From: Gaiellales bacterium
GTDB taxonomy: Bacteria > Actinomycetota > Thermoleophilia > Gaiellales > Gaiellaceae
Direction of reading: 5' to 3'
NCBI GenBank assembly: GCA_038237865.1
Contig: JBBRYG010000005.1
Coordinates: 113,384-177,383 of the forward strand
Length of the DNA stretch: 64,000 bases
Under the pieces are notes generated by a model. It was not told the origin of the DNA. It made no database searches and saw only the letters and a list, made by a program, of their open reading frames with translations. Position numbers and translations under genes: made by a program. Of this stretch, positions 58,521 to 64,000 are shown piece after piece; position 1 is the stretch's first letter, and each line of letters starts with the position of its first letter.

Positions 58521-59328
58521 TGAGCACCTCCTTCGCGAGGTCGCGGTAGAGCTCGGCTGCCTCACCGGTCGGGTCGTAGCCGAGCACCGACTGGCCCTTG
58601 ACGGGGGCCTCGGCGAAGCGGACGGTCTTGCGGATCTTCGTGTTGAAGACCAGGTCGCCGAAGTTCTCCTTGAGAATGTCGACCGCCTCGCGGGAGTGCA
58701 CCAGGCGCTTGTCGAACATCGTCGGAAGGATCCCCTGGATGTCGACGTCCGGATTCAGGTTCTCGCGAATCATGGTGAGCGTGTTCTGCAGCTGAACGAG
58801 ACCACGGAGCGAGAGGTACTCGCACTGGACCGGGACGATCACGCCGTCCGAGGCGACGAAGGCGTTGATCGTGAGCAGGCCGAGCGAGGGGGGCGTGTCG
58901 ATCAGGATGTAGTCATAGGTGCTCTTGACGGACACGAGCGCCTTTTCAAGCGCGCGCTCGCGCCCGATCATCGAGGAGAGAGCGAGCTCAGCGCCCGCGA
59001 GGTCGATCGACGACACGGCGATGGCGACTTCGGCCTGCGCGACGATCTCCTCGATCGGCAGCTTGTGGACGAGCACGTCGAACATCGAGCGCTCGATCTC
59101 GTCGGGGTTCATCCCCTGGCTCATGGTCAGGTTTCCCTGCGGGTCGAGGTCGACCACGAGGACGTTGAAACCCTTCTCTTTGAGGGCCACCCCGAGGTTG
59201 AGCGTCGTCGTCGTCTTCGCGACGCCGCCCTTCTGGTTGGCGAAGGCGATCACCCTGCCCAACGGTGCTCCCTTGTTCCTGGACGATGCGCGCGTATTCG
59301 GACGCGGAAGTAGGCGTGACAGCCCCAT
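58492..59328 (-). CDS. ParA/Soj-family ATPase
   Basis: Deviant Walker A '[12 protein letters not shown]', plus 'VVDLDPQGN' and '[10 protein letters not shown]'. The start may be internal: a TTG near 59262 preceded by AAGGGAG, or a GTG near 59253. Confidence 0.9.
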   Translation of the reverse strand: MGLSRLLPRPNTRASSRNKGAPLGRVIAFANQKGGVAKTTTTLNLGVALKEKGFNVLVVDLDPQGNLTMSQGMNPDEIERSMFDVLVHKLPIEEIVAQAEVAIAVSSIDLAGAELALSSMIGRERALEKALVSVKSTYDYILIDTPPSLGLLTINAFVASDGVIVPVQCEYLSLRGLVQLQNTLTMIRENLNPDVDIQGILPTMFDKRLVHSREAVDILKENFGDLVFNTKIRKTVRFAEAPVKGQSVLGYDPTGEAAELYRDLAKEVLNGAKAREHA

Positions 59329-59494
59329 GGCGCTTCCGTTCGGGCCACGGTACCACTTTCCTGCACGCGCTCTTTCATGCCCCCAACCCCCTCGGGGGGC
59401 GCATTCGGCGCCCCTACCGGAAGCGTACGCGGATCGGTGTGACGCGGTTGTGCCGGATCAATGCCGGGGGTGGCCCGGCTGGGCACGAGGCGGG

Positions 59495-60457
59495 TTACAG
59501 CGCGGGAGCGGCTGCGTGGCGCCGAGAGAGGCGACCCGCGAGATGCCAGACGCCTGCAGCTGCGACGACAGCGGCGCCGACGACGATCACGAGCGCCTGG
59601 GCCGCGACCGAGAACGCGATCGCCTCGGCCTTCGGAATTCCGCTGACGATCAGGATCGCAGCGCCTGCACCGGCCTGCGTGGCAGCGCCTGCTGGTGCGA
59701 TCGGGAGCGCCGCCGAGGCGGCCGACGCGCAGAGGAACGCGAGCGCGAGGGGGAAGGACGAGCCGACTGCGAGCGCGTTCAGCAGGACGAAGACCGCAAG
59801 TCCGCGAAGCGCCCACGAGACCGAGATCAGGAACCACGCCTCGGACGCGGAGCGCCGGCAGGCACAGTGTTCCTGCAGCCAACGGCCGAGCTTGAAGCGC
59901 GCGACCCAACCGAACCGCGCGATCCGCGGGAGGAAGAGCACGAGCGCGGCGGCGGCAATGCCGGCGACCGCGACGACGACGAATCCGGCCATCACGCCCC
60001 CGGACTCCGCTGCCGCTGCGGCCACCGTCGCGAGCGGTGTGAGCGCGGCGCTGTCGAGCAGGCCGACCACGATCAGGGTCAGGGCGATCGCTCCGATTCC
60101 GGCGCCCTTGCCGGGAAGCCGCCGCACGACCGCGATCCGAATCGCCTCGTCGAAGCGCCCGGGCAGCGCGACCCCGCCGACCGAAGCAGCTCCACCTGCG
60201 GCGGCAAGCGTCAGCGCCTGCGGCCGCTGATCCGGCGCGAAGAGCCGCTGCCACCCCCAAGCCTTGAAGGCGTAGGCGCCGAGGAAGAGCAGGCCCGCGG
60301 CGACGACCAGCCACGGGTTCGCGTGAGAGAGGGGCCAGCCGGAATGGACGAAATGGAGGACGGTCAGCGAGGCGGCGGCCAGAGCGCCGGTGACGAACAC
60401 GGCGTTGATGACGATGCGCACCCGGCGCGACCTGAGAACGTGAATCGCTCTCCCCAT
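59495..60457 (-). CDS. UPF0104-like membrane protein (paralogue of 56084..57112)
   Basis: 320 aa, polytopic. 'GRFDEAIRIAVVRRL' occupies a position equivalent to 'ARIGEPVRLALFARAL'. Confidence 0.68.
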   Translation of the reverse strand: MGRAIHVLRSRRVRIVINAVFVTGALAAASLTVLHFVHSGWPLSHANPWLVVAAGLLFLGAYAFKAWGWQRLFAPDQRPQALTLAAAGGAASVGGVALPGRFDEAIRIAVVRRLPGKGAGIGAIALTLIVVGLLDSAALTPLATVAAAAAESGGVMAGFVVVAVAGIAAAALVLFLPRIARFGWVARFKLGRWLQEHCACRRSASEAWFLISVSWALRGLAVFVLLNALAVGSSFPLALAFLCASAASAALPIAPAGAATQAGAGAAILIVSGIPKAEAIAFSVAAQALVIVVGAAVVAAAGVWHLAGRLSRRHAAAPAL

Positions 60458-60571
60458 CGAAGGGGGTATCGGGCGGCGCGCGAGAAAGCTAGAGAATCGA
60501 ATGAGTGATCACACATCCCGAACGTGGGACAGGGCAGCAGAGGTACTGGCGGAGGTTCGACGGCGGGCAGG

Positions 60572-61498
60572 TCAGTCCTCGGGCTCGCCGTCCATGTACT
60601 CGAGTTGCTCGAGGCGTCCAATCACTCCGACGCCGCGGAAGAAGATCTTGTTAGAGCGCGGGTAGTAACAGATGTCGTTTGGCTCCCGCGTTCCGTAGAC
60701 GAGAAAGGTCATACCCTCGTCACCGGCGATGAAACGGTGCGCCACGCGCGTCGCGGCCAGGCGGGAGATCACGTGGCCGGCGCGGATCGGCTGCTGCTCG
60801 GGCTCGCCCCCCGTGCCGACCGCCGGCCAGAGCTCGAGCGCTCCGGAACCGTTCAGGACGACGAAGAGCTCCTCGTCGGCGGAGTGGCAGTGCGGCGGCG
60901 CTCCATCGGTGCCCGGCGGAAGGGACAGCCAGTTGAGCCCCGTCCGCACCGCCCCCGCCGTTCGAGCGAGCGGTTTCCAGATGCCGCCGTATTCACCCTC
61001 GATGTCGGCGAGGTTCACCACGGTCTCGGGTCGCGGCTCGGGCTCGCCCACTTCCGGCGCTCCGGCGCTCGCCTCCCGCTTCCACGGATGCGGGCCCTCT
61101 GACGCGTCGAGCGTCACCCCCGAACGCGCGACCTTGGCGCGCGGGAGGTACGTCAGCGTCGGGTTCGTCCGCTCGCCGAACGCGAGCACGTCGATGCCGT
61201 CGTCCCCGGCACGAAGGGTGTGCACCTCGTGGCCCACGCGATGGACGAGGCAGTCGCCGGGCCCAACCTCGTGCGTCTTGCCGTCCTGCCACGACAGTCC
61301 CGCGCCGGCGAGGACGAAGAAGATCTCCTCCTCGTCGAGCTCCACGTGCGCGGGGGTCGACCAGCGGCCCGACTCGACCTGGATGCGCGTGACTCCGATC
61401 CGGATGCTGCCGGCGGCCTCGCCGAGGTCGGTCCAGGTCCCCGCGAGGTGTCCTTCCTCGAGGCGCTCCCCTTCGACCTCGTCCCAGTTGACGATCAC
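60572..61498 (-). CDS. bicupin protein
   Basis: 308 aa with two cupin cores, 'PAHVELDEEEIFFVLAGAG' and 'PPHCHSADEELFVVLNGSG'. The shared C-terminus is 'YYPRSNKIFFRGVGVIGRLE'. Confidence 0.8.
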   Translation of the reverse strand: MIVNWDEVEGERLEEGHLAGTWTDLGEAAGSIRIGVTRIQVESGRWSTPAHVELDEEEIFFVLAGAGLSWQDGKTHEVGPGDCLVHRVGHEVHTLRAGDDGIDVLAFGERTNPTLTYLPRAKVARSGVTLDASEGPHPWKREASAGAPEVGEPEPRPETVVNLADIEGEYGGIWKPLARTAGAVRTGLNWLSLPPGTDGAPPHCHSADEELFVVLNGSGALELWPAVGTGGEPEQQPIRAGHVISRLAATRVAHRFIAGDEGMTFLVYGTREPNDICYYPRSNKIFFRGVGVIGRLEQLEYMDGEPED

Positions 61499-62436
61499 TC
61501 CAGCTCCTCCCCGTCCCAGTAGTCGAGGTGCTCGATCCGCCCGATCACGCCGACTCCGCGCCAGAACAGCTTGCGCGAGCGTGGATACCAGCAGATGCCG
61601 TTGGGGTCGCGCGTCCCCCAGGCGATCAGCGTCAGCCCGGAGTCGCCGCCGCGGAAGGCATGAGCCACACCAGTTCCCGGCGGGCGGGCGACGACGCTGC
61701 CGCGACGGACGGCGTGTAGCTCGGGGGCGTCCTCGAACTCGAGCCGCCCACGCGGCGACGGGGTCAGCTCGAGCGTCCCCTCGCCGTCGAGGACGGCGAA
61801 GATCTCCTCCTCGGCCGAGTGCGCGTGCGGAGGCCCGGAGAGAACGCCGGGCTCTAGCTCGATGTGCCGCAGGCCGCTCCAGCGCGAGCCGGCCGCGCGC
61901 CCGAGGTCACGGCGCCGCCTGCCACCGCGGACGTCGGGCTCGACGTCGGCGACATTGGCGATCGTCGCGGGGCGCTCGCTCGGCTCCGGCCAGTCGAGCT
62001 CGGGCTCGCGATCCCAGGGATGGCCGTCCTCGTGGATCTCGATCCAGCCGGCGATGTGCCAGGCGACTCCCGCCCGTGGCAGAGCACCCGCGGGCAGGTA
62101 CTCGCGCTCCCCGAACGCTAGGACGTCGAGCCCCTCGGGACCGCCACGGAGCGTGTGGGCTTCGTGGAAGTTCTTGTAGACGATGCAGTCCCCGGTGCTT
62201 ACCTCGTGGGCTTTGTCATCCATCAGGGTGAGGCCCGACCCGGCCAGGACGTAGAAGATCTCCTCGGCCTCGCCGTGGACGTGCGCCGGCGTCGGCACCT
62301 CCCCTTCGGCGAGGCGGATCCGGTTCACGCCCGCACGGAAGGTCCCGGCCGGTGGGCCGAGAATCGTCCACTCCGCAGCCATCTGACCGCGGTCGCGGCG
62401 GATCGTCTCCGCCTCGTCCCAGTGCGCAATCCCCAC
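61495..62436 (-). CDS. bicupin protein (tandem paralogue)
   Basis: 313 aa from the GTG at 62436, with GCCGGAG upstream. Cupin cores are 'PAHVHGEAEEIFYVLAGSG' and 'PPHAHSAEEEIFAVLDGEG', and it ends 'WYPRSRKLFWRGVGVIGRIE'. 4-nt overlap with the downstream paralogue. Confidence 0.8.
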   Translation of the reverse strand: MGIAHWDEAETIRRDRGQMAAEWTILGPPAGTFRAGVNRIRLAEGEVPTPAHVHGEAEEIFYVLAGSGLTLMDDKAHEVSTGDCIVYKNFHEAHTLRGGPEGLDVLAFGEREYLPAGALPRAGVAWHIAGWIEIHEDGHPWDREPELDWPEPSERPATIANVADVEPDVRGGRRRRDLGRAAGSRWSGLRHIELEPGVLSGPPHAHSAEEEIFAVLDGEGTLELTPSPRGRLEFEDAPELHAVRRGSVVARPPGTGVAHAFRGGDSGLTLIAWGTRDPNGICWYPRSRKLFWRGVGVIGRIEHLDYWDGEELE

Positions 62437-62446
62437 TCCGGCGACT

Positions 62447-62647
62447 CTACGCCGCGGGTGTGGAGAGCGCTGCATCGCAGGCGGCCACTGCGGCGGCCGC
62501 GCGGGGGTCGGCTTCGCGTCGCGCCCAGGACTCTGCCTCGCCAACGAGCGCGCGAAGCTCCACCAGGAGCTCGACGGGCTCCGCCCGTCGCGCTGCCAGC
62601 GCCTCGATCCGGTCGAGCCGCTCGAGGACTGCCCGTGCTTCGTCCAT
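62447..62647 (-). CDS. small helical hypothetical protein
   Basis: 66-aa ATG ORF ending 10 nt before the bicupin start. It is Ala/Arg/Glu-rich, so a high-GC artefact cannot be excluded. Confidence 0.35.
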   Translation of the reverse strand: MDEARAVLERLDRIEALAARRAEPVELLVELRALVGEAESWARREADPRAAAAVAACDAALSTPAA

Positions 62648-62790
62648 GCAATGACGCTAGCGACTCGACCCGTACGCAAAAGCGCCGACTCTGTGCCGGA
62701 ACCACTCGGCAAGGGCCGGTGTACCATTTCGACCGAATTCCGGATCTCGCCTGGGCTCGCCGCCCGCATTCGGGCCGGAAAGTCCCTCCG

Positions 62791-64000
62791 CTAGCTCGCG
62801 AGCGCCCGGGCGATCGATGCGGGCCTGCGCGCGGGGGCCGGCCGCAGGCCCAGAATCGTCTCGTCGAGCGAGGCCACGAGCTCCGCCCGGTCGCCGTAGA
62901 GCAGGGTCTCGACGAGCGCACGCCGGACCGTGTCGGGCTCGGGATCGCCGGAAAGCCGCCCCTGGAGCTCCGCGCGCTCGCGGCCGTTCTCCCCGAGGAG
63001 GACGGCCCCACGGACAGCCGCGGCCCAGAGCCCGTCGTTTCCGCCGAGCAAGGCCGAGAGCGACTCGCGCAGTTGCTCCGCCTGGAACGGTCCATCCTGG
63101 AAGAGCGACAGCTCCCAGCGGTCGAGCGCCTCCCCCAGCTCAGGATCCTCGTCGGCAAGGACGAGCCGCCCGCGGAGATCGGCGGCCAGAGCGCCGCGAA
63201 AGGAATCGAGCCGTGTCGGCTCGCCGGCCGGGGAGGTTGCCGCGATCGGGAGCACCGGCCGGACGCCGTACGGGCGCCAGTCGAGCCGCTCGAACAGCAC
63301 AGGCCCCGCCGCAACTGGTGCGGCGGCCGCGAGCCGGATCGCCGTGACGGCGTCGGCGAGCTCGCCGGGCGCATCGGGAGGCTCGGTGGCGCCGGGCTCG
63401 AGCGCGCGCTCGAGCTCGAGCACGCAGAGCCTGTCCACCTCGTGGCCGAAATCGGTCGGCAGGAGGCCGTTCGCCTCGGGCCAGAGCTTGGCGAGCTCGC
63501 CGGTGGCGGCCACCCGAACGCGGATCCCGTCGCCAAGCTCGATCTGCGCTCCGCCGACGGTGATCCCGACAAGCGGCGCCACCGCGCCGTATGCGTGATC
63601 CCACCCGAAGAGCGACTCCTCGATCGCCTTGTAGGCGCGCCCGAAGGCGTCGTCGTCCCAGTCGAATCCGCCGCAGGTCTCGGCGGTCGACACGAGGAGG
63701 GGCAGCAGGATGCTCCGAAAGAGGGCCTCGTCCTCGTCAGGCCGCGCGCCGGCGTGTGCCCGGGCGAAGATCGCTGCCGCGGGCTCGCGGCGTAACTCCT
63801 CGAGCGCGATCACGGCGTCCTCGCGCTTCGCCAGCCGGTGCGCCCGGGTCTCGACGAAGCCGCGGACGAGCGGCCGGTACTCGTAGAGCGCCGGCCGGCC
63901 GTACGACTCGTGCTCCTCGAAGGCAAACGGAAGGTCGATGCCCTCATCGAGCTCGGCCAGGAGCGAACGAAACGCGCCGAGACAGAAGCAGCGCAGGGAG
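62791..64000 (-). CDS. hypothetical protein, 5' end beyond the window
   Basis: The track lists 62791..63813 from a GTG. The same frame stays open to 64000 with protein-like sequence, '...DLPFAFEEHESYGRPALYEYRPLVRGFVETRAHRLAKREDAV'. No motif was recognised. Confidence 0.55.
   Translation of the reverse strand, partial: SLRCFCLGAFRSLLAELDEGIDLPFAFEEHESYGRPALYEYRPLVRGFVETRAHRLAKREDAVIALEELRREPAAAIFARAHAGARPDEDEALFRSILLPLLVSTAETCGGFDWDDDAFGRAYKAIEESLFGWDHAYGAVAPLVGITVGGAQIELGDGIRVRVAATGELAKLWPEANGLLPTDFGHEVDRLCVLELERALEPGATEPPDAPGELADAVTAIRLAAAAPVAAGPVLFERLDWRPYGVRPVLPIAATSPAGEPTRLDSFRGALAADLRGRLVLADEDPELGEALDRWELSLFQDGPFQAEQLRESLSALLGGNDGLWAAAVRGAVLLGENGRERAELQGRLSGDPEPDTVRRALVETLLYGDRAELVASLDETILGLRPAPARRPASIARALAS

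Noticed and set aside
59329-59494. A G/C hairpin, CCCCC-tc-GGGGG, in the spacer between the UPF0104 gene and parA-like, considered as a terminator.
   Set aside because: The stem is short with no U-tract, and my base count in this region was off by one against the ORF track, so the coordinates are not reliable enough to report as a feature.

Overview
This is a 64-kb high-GC bacterial chromosomal segment. Gene content and synteny look Actinomycetota-like, for example scpA-scpB, a pseudouridine synthase and cmk-plsC-der. I saw no rRNA, tRNA, CRISPR array, integrase or transposase. All family calls come from motif recognition by eye; no searches were run.

Layout:
- 0.3-28 kb is housekeeping, mostly on the minus strand: metK, gpsA, der, plsC, cmk, aroA, tyrA, class II DAHP synthase, trpS, scpAB, lgt, an ECF sigma/anti-sigma pair, a GH13 amylase, an L,D-transpeptidase and dnaE.
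- 28-33 kb is a toxin-antitoxin/accessory islet that starts directly upstream of dnaE. It holds VapBC, a PIN-RHH pair, an XRE-nucleotidyltransferase pair, a frameshifted DUF3800 gene, DUF2237, and a Vms1/eRF1-like release-factor homologue.
- 33-50 kb is a defence island. It contains an Nhi-like nuclease-helicase, a Zn-ribbon/DUF4263 (Shedu-like) nuclease, and a ten-gene co-directional array.
- That array, in transcription order, runs: unknown ~300-aa protein (frameshifted), 4-TM protein, ImmA/IrrE peptidase (frameshifted), GmrSD, hsdM, hsdS, minimal nucleotidyltransferase, wHTH protein, hsdR.
- 50-64 kb holds an ArsR regulator with a decayed SRPBCC partner, an HD hydrolase, a coiled-coil protein, GNAT, GGT, two UPF0104 membrane paralogues flanking a parA-like/ftsZ pair, tandem bicupins, and a partial hypothetical gene.

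Most interesting observations:
1. HsdR ends in a complete LexA/UmuD-type S24 domain, with an Ala-Gly cleavage site, a Ser in GESM and a Lys in TVKLY.
2. An orphan ImmA/IrrE protease gene sits in the same array. Together the two suggest restriction wired to DNA-damage signalling.
3. Two uncharacterised gene pairs are embedded in or attached to the type I R-M operon.
4. ftsZ is overlapped by a ParA-like ATPase gene and appears to carry a ~130-aa basic/Pro-rich N-terminal extension.
5. All frameshifts I could see fall in accessory genes, and none in core genes.
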